From: Mobula hypostoma
Lineage: Eukaryota
Direction of reading: 5' to 3'
Length of the DNA: 64,000 bases
Assembly (NCBI RefSeq): GCF_963921235.1
Contig: NC_086097.1
Location: forward strand, 9,486,001-9,550,000
The position numbers were made by a program, and so were the translations under genes. Under the pieces are notes generated by a model, which did no database searches, had not been told where the DNA came from, and worked only from the letters and a program-made list of their open reading frames with translations. How positions within the stretch are numbered: the stretch's first letter is position 1; each line of letters starts with the position of its first letter. Shown here one piece after another: positions 12,861 through 26,469 of this stretch.

Positions 12861-13849
12861 AAGTAGAAAGATTCAGACTTATATTAGACTGTGTATTGGC
12901 ACTCCTTAAATCTTTTATACAATTTTTTCTCACAGGCCTGCTTTTATCTTTAAATTATTATAAAGGGTTTGTGGTCACTTGTTAAGGTTTCACATGGACT
13001 TGCGCTTTCTGTTCTTTTTCCATTGCGATATGATGTGAAAAACAAAAAAGATGCAAATTCCAATTTAAAGTTGACATTCTTATTCATGTACAGACATCTA
13101 TTCAGGAACTCCTAATTCGCTTGTCTATCATTTTCTTAAGCCTGTTTCAAGTTAAATATTGTTTCCAATTAATGACTAAAATACAAGCAAAAGAGGATGT
13201 TCTTCAAACTTCATAAGGTAAGCAGACTGTAGATGATAGCATCAAAGCCCCAGGCCAAAGTGTATGTAATTCACAGCAGTGACAAATTATTCATTAAGTA
13301 AGTGTCTATCACACATATCTCGCTGCGTACAATATCTGTTATGTTCAGTTCATGATAAATCTTAAGTGCTCTAGTCCTATCGGGTTCACTAGCCAACTGA
13401 AGTGAAGGAATCTTGACGAACTGAAATCACTCAATACACAGAAAAACTCAGTCTGAGTTTCACCAGACAAGAAACCACAACAAGTCAGCACAGAGGGGTG
13501 AAATATACCATGCAGCACGTGTGGAATTCAGGGCCAATCGGACAATATAGGCATCCATATGAAGCAATAATCCCCCAAAGCCAATGACTACAACACAAGA
13601 CATTGAAAATCCTAGGCTAATTAAATTATCCTAAATTGAATAAAAGTGTTAAGTATGAAGCAAGCTTAAAAATTCCCATGATACCAAATGAGATACCTGC
13701 AAAAGAAAGTCAAAACCCAGAGCAATTAGACAAAAAAGGTAAACAATCCAAGGAACGCTGCATACCCATGAGGTGACACTGAGAAAGTACAGTCCACATA
13801 CTAACTGAAAAATAATCTTTTTTTTTAAATGACCCCTGGCTGTGACAAG

Positions 13850-14238
13850 TTCAAGCTCAAGAGTTTATTGTCATCTAACTTTATATATATATGCAACCAA
13901 ATGAAACAGTGTTCTTCCAGACCATGGTGCACCCACAAAACATATATCACCAATAAAGCTAAATATTACCACAAATAAGTTAATAAAATATAATTCAAAA
14001 TGCATGTGAAGTGCACAGCACAGCAAGCAGTAAACAGCTCGTTGTCCTCGAGCCGAAACCTCGGTGGTATTAGGGTATTCATCAGTTTCACAGGTTGAGG
14101 GAAGAAGCTGTTACCCATTCTGACAGTCTTAATCCTGATGCTCCTGTCCCTCCTTCCTAAGAGTAGTGTGACAAAGAGATTGTGGGATAGTGATCAGGAT
14201 CCCCAACAATGTTTTGGGCCCTTTGTCTACAATGCCCC
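13850..14238 (-). mobile_element. Rex1/Babar-like 3' end; continues at about 17590-17810 beyond the nested CR1s
   Basis: Tail AAGTTCAAGCTCAAGAGTTTATTGTC. The continuation encodes KAQQCLHLLRRL..NFYRSTIESVLSSCI. Confidence 0.7.
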
Positions 14239-14320
14239 CAGTGAAGGTAGGACCGATTAGAGGTAAAGGTGGGAAGATGTGAATGGAGGCTGTGGAAGTG
14301 AGTGAGGTCCTCAATGAATA

Positions 14321-15476
14321 CATAGAACCATAGAAACTACAGCACAGAAACAGGCCTTTTTGCCCTTCTTGGCTGTGCCGAACCATTTTCTGCCTAGTCC
14401 CACTGACCTGCACACGGACCATATCCTTCCATACACCTCCCATCCATGTATCTGTCCAACCTATTCTTAAATGTTAAAAAAGAACCCGCATTTACCACCT
14501 CGTCTGGCAGCTCATTCTATACTCCCACCACTCTCTGTGTGAAGAAGCCCCCTCTAATGTTCCCTTTAAACTTTTCCCCCCTCACCCTTAACCCATGTCC
14601 TCTGGTTTCTTTCTCCCCTTGCCTCAGTGGAAAAAGTCTTCTTGCATTCACACTATCTATGCCCATCATAATTTTATATACCTCTATCAAATCTCCCCTC
14701 ATGCTTCTACGCTCCAGGGAATAAAGTCCTAACCTATTCAACCTTTCTCTGTAACTGAGTTTCTCAAGTCCCGGCAACATCCTTGTAAACCTTCTCTGCA
14801 CTCTTTCAACCTTATTTATATCCTTTCTGTAATTTGGTGACCAAAACTGAACACAATACTCCAGATTCGGCCTCACCAATGCCTTATACAACCTCATCAG
14901 AACATTCCAGTTCTTAATACTTTGATTAATAAAGGTCAATGTACCAAAAGCTCTCTTTACGACCCTATCTACCTGTGACGCCACTTTTAGGGAATTTTGT
15001 ATCTGTATTTCCAGATCCCTCTGTTCCACTGCACTCCTCAGTGCCTTACCATTAACCCTGTATGTTCTACCTTGGTTTGTCCTTCCAATATGCAATACCT
15101 CAGACTTGTCTGTATTAAACTCCATCTGCCATTTTTCAGCCCATTTTTCCAGCTGGTCCAAGTCCCTCTGCAGGCTCTGAAAACCTTCCTCACTGTCTAC
15201 TACACCTCCAATCTTTGTATCATCAGCAAATTTGTTGATCCAATTTACCACATTATCATCCAGATCATTGATATAGATGACAAATAACAATGGACCCAGC
15301 ACTGATCCCTGTGGCACACCACTAGTCACAGGCCTCCACTCAGAGAAGCAATTCTCTACCACCACTCTCTGGCTTCTTCCATTGAGCCAATGTCTAATCC
15401 AATTTACCACCTCTCCATGTATACTTAGCGACTGAATTTTCCTAACTAACCTCCCATGCGGGACCTTGTCAAAGGC
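14321..15476 (-). mobile_element. Young CR1 LINE RT/3' fragment nested in the plus-strand CR1
   Basis: Open frame AFDKVPHGRL..SGVPQGSVLGPLLFVIYINDLD..KFADDTKIGG..FFTQRVV; tail CATAGAACCATAGAAAC on the + strand. Confidence 0.95.
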
Positions 15477-15602
15477 AAGGTCTTCGGTATTCACCAATGA
15501 GAGGGAACTTGTTGACGATGAGGACAATATGAGTGAGGTTGATGTTCTGGAGCATGTTGATATTAAGGGAGAGGAGGTATTGGAGTTGTTAAAATACATT
15601 AG

Positions 15603-16060
15603 ATTATGAAGACACGTAGTCCTCTTTTATTGTCAATTAGTAATGCATGCATTAAGAAATTATACAATATTTCCTCTGGTGTGATATCACAAAACACAGG
15701 ACAGAACAAGACTGAAAAAACTGACAAAACCACATAATTATAACTTATAGTTAAAACAGTGCAACAATACCATAACTTAATGAAGAAGTCTGTGAACACA
15801 GTAAAGTTCAAAGTCTCTCAAATGTCCCACATCTACGCAGACGGGAAAAGGAAGAAAAACTCTCCCTGCCATGCCGACCACAATCCAACTCTGAGTCATC
15901 CGAAAACTTCAAGCTCTGATTAGCTCTCCGACACCGAGTACTGAGCGCCATCTCTGTCCAAATGATTCGACCTCCTTCTTGGTTGCCAAAAGCAGGCAAG
16001 GCCGGGGATTTTGAGGCCTACCCTCCCAAAGATTCCCGACCACTCAGTAACGACGGATAA
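15603..16060 (-). mobile_element. Non-autonomous retroelement (5'-truncated relative of 38743-39415)
   Basis: Shares the 3' end AGATTATGA...CCTYTTTATTGTCA..TAG..ATGCATTAAGAAAT..TACAATATTT with 38743, and interrupts CR1 ORF2. Confidence 0.75.
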
Positions 16061-19000
16061 GTTAGGACAGATAAGTCCCCGGGGCCTGATGGAATATTCC
16101 CCAGGCTGCCCCACGAGGCAGGGGAAGAGATTGCTGAGCCTCTGGCTAGGATCTTTATGTCCGTTTTGTCCACGGGAATGGTACCGGAGGATTAGAGGGA
16201 GGCGAATGTTGTCCACTCATTCAAAAAAGGTAGTAGGGATAGTCCGGGTAATTATAGAACAGTGAGCCTTACGTCTGTGGTGGGAAAGCTGTTGGAAAAG
16301 ATTCTTAGAGATAGGATCTATGGGCATTTAGAGAATCATGGTCTGATCAGGGACAGTCAGCATGTCTTTGTGAAAGGCAGATCATGTCTAACAAGCCTGA
16401 TAGAGTTCTCTGAGGAGGTGACCAGGCTTATAGATGAGGGTAGTGCAGTGGATGTGATCTACATTTAGTAAGGCATTTGACAAGGTTCCACACGGTAGGC
16501 TTATTCAGAAAGTCAGAAGGCGTGGGATCCCGGGAAGTTTGGCCAGGTGGATTCAGAATTGGCTTGCCCGCAGAAGGCAGAGGGTGGTGGTGGAGGGAGT
16601 ACATTCAGATTGGAGGATTGTGACTAGTGGTGTCCCACAAGGATCTGTTCTGGGACCTCTACTTTTAGTGATTGTTATTAACGACCTGGATGTGGGGGTA
16701 GAAGGGTGGGTTGGCAAGTTTTCAGACGACACAAACGTTGTTGGTGTTGTGTATAGTGTAGAGGATTGTCGAAGATTGCAGAGAGACATTGATAGGATGC
16801 AGAAGTGGGCTGAGAAGTGGCAGGTGGAGTTCAACCCAGAGAAGTGTGAGGTGGTACACTTTGGAAGGACAAACTCCAAGGCAGAGTACAAAGTAAATGG
16901 CAGGATACTTGATAGTGTGGAGGAGCAGAGGGATCTGGGGGTACATGTCCACAGACCCTGAAAGTTGCCTCACAGGTAGATAGGGTAGTTAAGAAAGCTG
17001 ATAGATTTTAAGAGTTGCGAGATAATGATGCAGCTCCATAAACTTCTGGTTAGGCCACACTTGGAGTACTGTGTCCAGTTCTGGTCGCCTCACTATAGGG
17101 AGGATGTCGAAGAATTGGAAAGGGTACAGAGGAGATTTACCAGGATGCTGCCTGGTTTCGAGTTATGCATTATGGTCAGAGATTAAGGGAGCTACGTCTT
17201 TACACTTTGGAGAGAGGGAGGATGAGAGGAGACATGACAGAGGTATACAAGATAATAAGAGGAATAGATAGAGTGGATAGCCAGCGCCTCTTCCCCAGGG
17301 TACCACTGCTCAATACAAGAGGGCATGGTTTTAAGGTAAGGGATGGGAAGTTCAAGGGGAATATTAGAGGAAGGTTTTTTACTCAGAGAGTGGTTGGTGC
17401 GTGGAATGCACTGCCTGAGTCAGTGGTGGAGGCAGATACACTAGTGAAGTTTAAGAGACTACTAGACAGGTATATGGAGGAATTTAAAGTGGAGGGTTAT
17501 ATGGGATGCAGGGTTTAAGGGTCGGCACAACATTGTGGGCCGAAGGGCCTGTACTGTGCTGTAATATACTATGTTCTGTGTTCTATGTAAATGTCACAAA
17601 TATCTCTCACCAGTTTTGCAGTTTGGAGGGTCATAAAGAAATATGTCTTGCAGCTTCTGTACCCCACAATGATACAACTAGAGAGGACACTCTCAATGGT
17701 GCTCCTGTAGAAGTTGTTAGAATGGGGGTGGGGAGCCTTGCATATCTCAGTCTCCTCAGAAGATGTAGACACTGCTGTGCTTTCTGGACTGGTGAGGAGC
17801 TGTTGTAGGTGCACCTTAGTTCATTTATTATATGCACTTCATTCATCACTCTCTCTGCGGCAGAACCATTGGTATGCAATAGAGACTGTTCAATCTGTGT
17901 CTTCCTGGTCTATGTTATATATTTTCAATAAATGTAGTTGATGCAATGAAACAGCTGCATTTTTATCTTTTATTTGAAAATGAGGGGAAATGCATTTATT
18001 TTGTGCTGATTGAATACACTATATTGTAGTTGTACTAAGGTGATCGCCCAGATCAAGGACGATGTTCTCCTAAGGAGTTATCTCTTTAATAAAGGATGCC
18101 TGTGCATGACTTTGCTTAGTGTAGGGAGGCTGACGAAGGAGCAGCCGCCACATAACCTTTGGCAGGTCAGGGTAAGGGCCCAGTGACATGAAGTCAGGAA
18201 GTCACGAGCCTCTCCACCACAACAAGGTGACAAACCTTGGAGAAGAAGACAACAAGATAACTGTCTCTGCACTGCAATAGCTCCTTACAAGCTGGAAGCC
18301 ACTTCTGATCATGTACAGATCATGAATGGATTTACACCTAGTAGGAAAATAGAAAATCAGAAGTATTTTTAAAGAGCAAGAGATGGAATAGACCTGAGTG
18401 CATTTCTACACAAATCACTTTAATTTAATAGGCAAAGAATACAACCAAATTAGAAAGGAATTAGTACATTATTCTTTATTGTAAGACGATTTGGGTACAA
18501 GAGCAAAGACACCTTATTTGTAATTATATCTGTAATACAGTTCTTGTCTCCTAATCTTGGGAAAGACACATTTTTGACACAGTGTTGGATCTGGGTTGGA
18601 GATGAGGCTCATAATTTTCAGCCACCTTGTGATTGTTACCATTGTTGAGAGAATTGATTACCACTGCTGTTGGGGATCTCTGAAGTCTGACTCTTGAAAT
18701 CACCCTGGGTCTGCCTTAGGCACCTCTCAATCACGATTCTTTGGTCCAGATGAAGTCCCAAGAACTGAGGGAAAGGTGTCTCAGTAAATAGGGATTCGAT
18801 CTACAAGCAATTAGAGATGCACAGAGACAGATACGCTCTTTGGTCTTTTGTTCTCATGCCACGAACTCAGCGTGATTCCTTTCATTCAAACAGCTCATGT
18901 TCATGTTCATCTGCATGCCACTTGTGCCTTGAGGCCAAAAGAATCCAGCCACTATCAGCAAACATTGGTCATTAACAATATTTAACTGGTACAGCCACCT

Positions 19001-19109
19001 TCACGCTTTGCATGCTGTGAGCTCCCAAAGGGTTAAGTTGTCACTTGGAGCTGTTCAGACTTTCTTTCAGCATTTCACAAGATCTTAATACACCATAAAA
19101 GAAAGTTAT

Positions 19110-19500
19110 ATTCAAATTTTTTGTCAGATGTACAATTTCATATATGCACGAGTAATGAAAAATTCTTGCAGCCGGATCACAGGCATTGACAATAAGGTAC
19201 ACAACATTCTCAAAAAAACTCATAAATTAAACATAGATTATACTCAATTTTTCCAAGAATGAACACTATTGGAACAAAATAAAATCAAAACTGATTGTAG
19301 TGCAAAATGTTCCAACTGTTACTATATTGAGGTAGTGACTGGAGTTGTACCAATTGGTTCAAAAAAGTAAATGTTTGAAAGGACGCAACTGTTTGTGAAC
19401 CCAGTGGTGTGGGACTTCTGGCTTCAGTAGCTCCTGTCCAATAGTAGTTGGGAGAAGATGGCATGACACAATGGTGGAGGTGTTTGATGGTAGATTGATG
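19110..19500 (-). mobile_element. Degraded Rex1/Babar-like 3' end
   Basis: GTTTGTGAACCCAGTGGTGTGGGACTTCTGGCTTC...GAGAAGATGGCATGAC is typical of the Rex1-like 3' ends elsewhere in the window. Confidence 0.55.
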
Positions 19501-19651
19501 CTAGGTGATGTTGCAGAGCGCCCCGGCTCTGCTCTGCATTTACAGCCATACTACTGACATGGCTAGTCTGACCCCTTCACTAACCTCTGTATGGAACTCC
19601 CAAAAAAAAAGTAAGCCTAAATATTTATTGATATCTGCACAGGGACAATAA

Positions 19652-20415
19652 CACAGGACAACAAAGATTTTGCTTCCTGAATACTTCCGGGTGTATCTCA
19701 TGGATCTTATCTGGTCATAAAAATCACTATGAAATTTTCCTATCATACACCATTTAAAAAGTCACCTATATTTGTTATTTCAATTCATAATTCAAGTCAG
19801 AATAATTGATGCCAAGGTTAAGGAAGGCATTTTTGTTGGTTCACAAATCAAACAGGTCATCAATGACAGGCAATTCAAAGAACTTCCAGTGGGACTAAAG
19901 AAAGTCCCATGGGAAGCATTCAAAGATGTAAAAATGTTCTTGGTAACTACAGAGCACCAAACTACGTGAAGTTGATTGGCGGGCATGCTTCAACATACAA
20001 AACCATGAAGTGCAACTTGCCATTAAAGATTCATTTTCTATATTCCCTTTAGACTCCTTCAGTGATGAGCATGGGGGAAGGTTTTACTGGGATATTGAGA
20101 TCATGGAGAAATGGTATTGGAACCACTGGAATTCATCAATGTTGCCTGATTATTATCGGACACTTAAGCAAGAAGCCACAACCACTGAGTACAAATGAAA
20201 ATCATCAAGAAAACATTCTTAGTTTAGTTGAACTATTGCAAAGCAACAGCACCATTATGCAATTAAACACTTTATATTCAGTGAACATTTCTTGTTTCTC
20301 TACTTTCCTAGGTGATACAAATAGTCTGAACTTACATTTGCAGCTAGTTTCAGGTGATCTATCATAAACAAAAAAAATTCTGAGGAAGCAACACAATTTT
20401 ACAAATTTCTTTGCC
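19652..20415 (+). mobile_element. Chapaev (CMC)-like DNA transposon, internally deleted remnant
   Basis: Transposase C-terminal motifs AKVKEGIFVGSQIK..WEAFK..LKIHFL..SDEHGGRFYWDIEIMEKWY..MLPDYYRTLK. TIR-like ends CACAGGACAACAAAGATTTTGCTTCCT and AGGAAGCAACAC...TTTCTTTGCC. Confidence 0.7.
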
Positions 20416-23030
20416 TATTCTCCTAATCTGTCTAAATCCTTCTGCAGCCTCTCTACTTCCTCAAAACTACCTGCCCCTCCACCTATCTTCATATCGTCTA
20501 CAAAATTTACAACAACACCATCAATTCCATCATCCAAATCATTGATATACAACATAAAAAGAATAGGTACCAACACAGACCCCTATGGAATACTACTAGT
20601 CACCAAGCAGCCAGTCAGAAAAGACTACCTTTATTCCCACACTTTGCCTCCTGCCAATCGGCCATTGCTTTAGCCATGCTAGAATCTGTTCCACCAGCTC
20701 ATAGCTTGTTAAGCAGCTTCACATGTGGCACCTTGTCAAAGGCCTTCTGAAAATCCAAGTATACAACATTAACTGATTCTCCTTTGTCTATCCTGCTTTT
20801 GATTTCTTCAAAGAATTCCACAGATTCGTCAGAGCAAGATTTTCCGTTGAGGGAACCATGCTGACTATGGCCTATTTTATCATAGGCCTCCAACTACCCT
20901 GAGTCCTTATCCTTAATAATCGACTCCGACATCTTCCCAACTACTGAGAAACTGGCCTATAGTTTCCTTTCTTCTGTCTCTCTCCCTTCAGTCCTCTGGA
21001 ATCATTCCAGAATCTAGTGATTCTTGAGAGATCATTACTAATGCCTCCACAATCTCTTCAGCCATCTCTTTCAGAACTGTAAGGCATACATCATCTGGTC
21101 CATGTGATCATCTACCTTCAGATCTTTCAGTTTCCCAACAACCTTTTCTCCAGTTATGGTAACATCACACACTTTATGACACCTGAACCTTCCAGCATAC
21201 TGCTCGTGTCTTCTACAGTGAAGACTTATGCAAAATACATATTCAGTTTATCTACCATTTCCTTGTCCACCCATTACTACCTCTCTAGTATTGTTTTACA
21301 GTGCTCAGTTCTCTTTTACACTTTATGTATCTGAAGAAACTTTTGGTAACCACTTTAATATTATTGGCTAGCTTATTACCTTCTTAATGACTTTTTATAG
21401 TTGCTTTCTGTTGAAGTTTTTAAAAGCTTCCCAATCCTCTAACTTCCGAATAATTTTTGCTCTATTATATGCTCTCTCTTTGGCTTTTATGTTGGCTTTG
21501 ACTTTGTTTGTTAGCCATGGTTGTGACATCTTGCCTTTAGAATACTTCGTCCTCTTTGTGATGTATATATCCTGTGCCTTCCAAATTACAGCCATTGCCG
21601 TTCTGCCATCATCCCTGCCAGTGTTTTTTTTTTCCAATCAATTCTGGAAAACTCCTTCTCATGGCCTTTACTCCACTGTAGTATTGATACATCTGACTTC
21701 AGCTTCTCCTCAAATTTCAGGTTGAATTTGATTACATTATCATCACTTGCCCCCAAGGATTCTTTTACTTTAAGATCTCTAATCAATTCCAGTTCATTGC
21801 ACAACACCCAATCCAGAATATCCAATCCCCTAGTGGGCTCAACCATGAGCTGCTTTAAAAAGCCATCTTGTACGCACACTAGAAATTCCCCCTACTGGAA
21901 TCCAGTACCAACCTGATTTTCCCAATCTATCTGCATACTAAAATCCCCCATGACTATTGTAACATTGCCCACTGGCATGCATTTTCTATCTTCCATTGTA
22001 ATTTTTAGACCTCATTCTTACTACTATTGGGGGTCTGTATACAACTCCCATCAAAGTCTCTTTTATACTTGCAGTTCCTTAGCTCCAGCCACAATGATTC
22101 AACACTTTCTGACCCAATGCCACCTCTTTCTAATGACTTAATCTCACTTTTTACCAACAGAGCAATCCCACCCCCTCTGCCTTTCTTCCTGTCCTTTTGA
22201 TACAATGTGCATCCTTGGACATTAATCTCCCACCTTCTTTCAGCCATGATTCAGAGATGTCTACTATATCATACATGCCAATTTGTAACTGTGCCTCAAA
22301 TTCATCTAGCTTATTCCATATTCTGTGTGCATTCAAATATACCAGCTTCAATCCTGTAATCACTCTTTTCAGTTTTGTCCACACTTTATGTTGCAACTGA
22401 TCCTGTTGACTGCAATTTTGTCCTATCTAACAGCCTCTCCTCACTACACATTGCCTCTGTTTGCAAACTAACTACCTTGTTTTCAGCACTATCACCTGCC
22501 TTTCCTACAATACTTCTTGCATTGGAATATACAGTTCATGACATTAGTTACACAAAGCTCAACCTTTTGATTGCTAACTTTGTCTGAGGTCTTACCAAAC
22601 ATCTGCCTCCACAACCTCTCCACTAACTGATCTGGCACTCTGGTTGCCATCCTTCTGCACCTCTAGATTACACCCTAGCATTCACAAACCTTTCCACTCA
22701 AATATTAGTCCCCCTCCAGTTCAGGTGAATACTGTCCCCTCTGAACAGTTCCCACCATCCCTGAAAGAAAGCCCAATGTTCTAAAAATCTTATGCTTTCC
22801 CTCTTACACCAACTCCTAAACCACATATTAAACTGTATAATTTTCCTAGTTCTGCCTCACTAGCACGTGGCATGTGTAGCATTCCTGAGATCACAACCCT
22901 GGAGTTTCTGCCCTTTAATTTAGCACCTAACTCGCTGAGTTTCTTATGCAGAACCTCGTCACTCATCCTACCCTTGTCACTGGTGCCAATATGTACCACG
23001 ATTTCTGGCTGTTCACCCTCTCATTTAAGG
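20416..23030 (-). mobile_element. Degraded CR1 LINE (ORF1 esterase-like part, APE endonuclease, RT)
   Basis: ORF1 VHIGTSDKGRMSDEVL..LGAKLKGRNSRVVISG; APE LVYLNAHRIWNKLDE..ISESW and PTRGLDILDWVLCN; RT VVYLDFQKAFDKVPH. Confidence 0.9.
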
Positions 23031-24232
23031 AATCCTGGCTATTTTCTTGATTTGTGTTTGTTTGCTTAGAGTTGTCCCAAATAAGTGGCTGACCTGATTT
23101 ACGTATGGTCCAATTAACCAGAATCCACCGTATTTATATATCCAGTCCCTTCAAATTGGGTAATAGGATAGGGACACAATCAGGTGACACCATGGCTTGT
23201 CACTCTCAAACCAATCTTAAACGCTCAATAACTTTTCCAGTCACCACCCACTTGACAGTAGCTTGCCAGAACAACCCCCAGGTCCTGATCACCTGACATG
23301 AATTACCCTGGCTTAGACTCACCTAAGCACTCCTTCAAGCCCCAATCATACAATTCAAGTCCAAACCCTGGTTCCAATTTACTAACCATTTCTTGTTGGC
23401 CCATTGGCAACTACAGACTTCCCTGTTCCCACCAAACAAACCTGGTACCTTACACACACATCCAAAGCCTTCTGCAATGTACAACATCCCTCTCAAACCT
23501 GGTCTCCTCTCCTCCGTGATTTTTTTCTCATCTCCAGACCCTCCCACTTCACAGGCTCTTCCTTAGTGTAAGATTTCAGTCACAACCAAAACCTGGTCCT
23601 CGGGTACTACAGAACTTAAGCATGGCTGGGCCACAATATCAGTCAGCAATCCATTCTCTGATGAACATGAATCTGAACACCGATGTAGTTATCAGCTTCC
23701 ATACATTATGCAGAATGGGATTCAAGACTGACATCAAGCTCAAAGAAATGTCAAAGCAACATGGAACAGACATAAACAAAACAATAAGAAATTAATTGCC
23801 TTGTTAGGCCAGTTAAGTATAAATTGGAAAATGCCATAATAAAAATCTTCAGATTATACCTTAAATTCGGCACTTAATTCTAGTCACCCAAGCGTAAATG
23901 AAACATTTAAAGCACAGAGCGAATGCAGAATGTTAAAAATTCAGAAGCACAGAGACAAGCTGTGCTCTTGGCATCAGCGAAATGACTCCATTACAGGTGT
24001 TTAACCTCTTTTAAGTACTTCAATTGAATATTGTTAATGCTATTCAAGTATAATAAACTGGTTGAATTAGGCAGAAAGCTACATGCAGAAAGGAAGGCAA
24101 TGCCTCAAAAAGGAGGCATCCATTATTAAGGATCCTCATCACCTAGGACACCCAGGGACTTGAAACTGCTCACCCTTTCCAATGCCGATCTCTCAATGAG
24201 GACGAATGTGAGACTTCCCCTTCCTGAATATA

Positions 24233-24510
24233 TAGAATAAGCATCCGTTAGTCTCGTGAGACCATGGATTTGCTCCTTGGAAGGTTTCCGGGGTGCAGGT
24301 CTGGGCAAGGTTGTATGGAAGACCAGCAGTTGCCCATGCTGCAAGTCTCCCCTCTCCATGCCACCGATGTTGTCCAGGGGAAGGGCACTTGGGCCGATAC
24401 AGCTTGGCACCAGTGTCGTCGCAGAGCAATGTGTGGTTAAGTGCCTTGCTCAGGACACAACACAGTGTATCAGCTGAGGTTCAAACTAGAGACCTTCAGA
24501 TCACTATACC
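24233..24510 (-). mobile_element. tRNA-headed CORE-like SINE with a LINE-derived tail
   Basis: Minus strand shows a B-box-like AGTTTGAACC followed by GTGTCCTGAGCAAGGCACTTAACC (CORE-SINE-like). Confidence 0.55.
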
Positions 24511-24765
24511 CCTTCCTGAAGCCCACAATTAATTCCTTGGTCTTACTGAAATTGAGTGATAGGATGTTGTTGCAACATCATTCAACCAGCTGATCTATCA
24601 TGTAGCTGTACTCTTCCTGATCACCGTCTGATATTCTACCAACAATGGTTATGCTGTTGGCAGATTTATAGATGGCAATTCAACTTTGCCTAGCCGCACG
24701 TTTGTGTGTGTGGAGAGAGTAGAGCAGTGGAGCTAAGCACACATTCTTGAGTGCCTTGTTGATTG

Positions 24766-25633
24766 TGTTACGTAAACTGGCAACAAAGAATATCAATCGA
24801 GACAGGTTATATAAAAACAACCAAACATTTATTAAACACGGATAAACGATAAGGTAAAATAAGCAAACAAAAACTTTAACTAGAAGTTAACCGATATGCA
24901 GCCGTTCAACAAATCAACATTTGGCACTGGTTCTTAAAGAGTTAAATGCGAAATCAGTTCTTAAAGCGATGAATTCGAAAGTCCAACCGACCTATACGTT
25001 CAATTGGGAGAGACTTCTCTGGAGAAGGATTTCTTCACAGATGCAACTTTCCTGCTGGTTCTGTCCATAGAATCCACGTGGAGGTAAATAAACAGTTTAA
25101 AACAACTGACCTTAAATTCTTTTAGAGAGAGAGAGCAAACCGTTGCATGAACTCTTTACTCTTTTTGGCAAGAGTTATCTCCGATGCAGGTAGCTACTCC
25201 TCCGATGAAGCCTCAATAAGGTCGATCCTTTAATAAACTGCTAAACGATGCCGACTTCTCTCGATCCTTCGGTCCTGTACTTCGATAAATTCTTCACTCT
25301 CCCTTCTACTGTTGGAAGTGGGTAAATCAACGCATCTAGCCAAAAATTTCCAGTCCAATAATATGGTATCTTGCAATAGAACGCAAAACTGTTTTAAAAA
25401 TGAAACTGCATCACAAAAACAAACACGCAACAGAAACGGAGACACAACACGTCCTACCTGGAAATCTACAAACTAAAAACCAACTGCGTCACCTGGGTCG
25501 ACCCCTTATATAGTCACGGGGCACATGTCATCACATGACCTCACATCGGTGGGAAAATCACATCAGGTGACCTCCAAAAGACCATGACATCATTCTCACA
25601 AAAAAAAACACAGATCTCCTTGAGCATGTAACA
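24766..25633 (-). mobile_element. Solo LTR (868 bp) inserted in a Rex1-like fragment
   Basis: Termini TGTTAC...GTAACA, 4-bp TSD ATTG at 24762-24765 and 25634-25637. Reverse-complement homologue of 48482-49343. Confidence 0.9.
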
Positions 25634-25814
25634 ATTGTCAGCAAGGAAGAGATGGCATTTCTCCTGTTTTTGCACTGAGTGAGTTATACGAATGTGCAGA
25701 GCTTCAGTGACATAAACACTCCATTGCTAGATGAAGACAGTCATCCTCTGAAGACAGATGTTCTGCATTCAGAGGTTGCAACACCAGTCACTTCTGATCT
25801 AGCAAGTTACTGCT

Positions 25815-26060
25815 GACGTTAATCTTCCCCCAGAGGGACATATGAGTCTTTGGAATTCTTCACCCCAGAGAGCTGAAGAAGCTCAGGTATTAAATATATT
25901 CAAGTTTGTGACAGATGGATTTTTAGGGGGGAAATCAAAGGGCTATGGGAAACAGGCTGAAAATGGAAATAGGACTGAGATCAGAGCAGCCATGAATTTA
26001 TTGAGCAGTAAAGAAGGCTCCCGGGATTCTATAGACTTTTGCTTGTATATTTCATGTTCT
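25815..26060 (+). mobile_element. Degraded CR1 3' end
   Basis: SLWNSSPQRAEEAQVLNIFK. Confidence 0.7.
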
Positions 26061-26154
26061 TGTGTTGAATTAGTCACTAGTTTCAAAAAGAATTGAATAA
26101 GCACTTCAGAGAGATTTTCCAGGTTTTCCAGACTCTCCAGATGGGAGCAGAATT

Positions 26155-26410
26155 GGGGCAGCACGATAGCAGTGTGCTTAACAGTGTAGGCGACCCGGGT
26201 TCAATTCCTGTTGCTGCCTGTAAGTAGTTGGTAAGCTTTCCCTGTGACAGTGTGGGTTTCCCCGAGTGCTCCCATTTCCTCCCACAGTCCAGAGACATAC
26301 CACTTGGTAGGTTAAATGGTCATTGTAAATTGACCTGTGATTAGGCTAGGTTTAAACGGGGGGGTTTGCTGGGTGGTCTGGCTTGAGGGCCAGAAGGACC
26401 TACACTGCAA
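26155..26410 (+). mobile_element. HE1/V-SINE-like SINE
   Basis: Head GGGGCAGCACGATAGC, B-box GGTTCAATTCC and core TTCCTCCCACAGTCCA. Confidence 0.8.
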
Positions 26411-26469
26411 ACTTGATGACATGCTGGATACTGCAACATCGTCATGTGTCAGCAGAGTGAGCAGCCTTG

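Larger units (their letters stand above)
14239..17590 (+). mobile_element. 5'-truncated CR1 LINE (ORF2 linker, RT and 3' UTR) carrying two nested insertions
   Basis: VKVGPIRGKGGK..SEVLNEY (14241-14321) resumes as SSVFTNER at 15481. KYIR is broken at about 15603 and resumes as TDKSPGPDG at about 16065. Then SLTSVVGKLLEKILRD, SGVPQGSVLGPLL, KFSDDT and a TTCTATG tail. Confidence 0.92.

Noticed and set aside
14517..15599. Longest ORF (360 aa), with a Ser-rich N-terminus and RT
   Set aside because: A chance fusion. The first ~40 aa are the antisense of the host CR1 and the rest is the nested CR1 RT, so it is not a domesticated gene.
26155..26230. tRNA-like head with a B box
   Set aside because: This is a SINE head with no full cloverleaf, not a tRNA gene.
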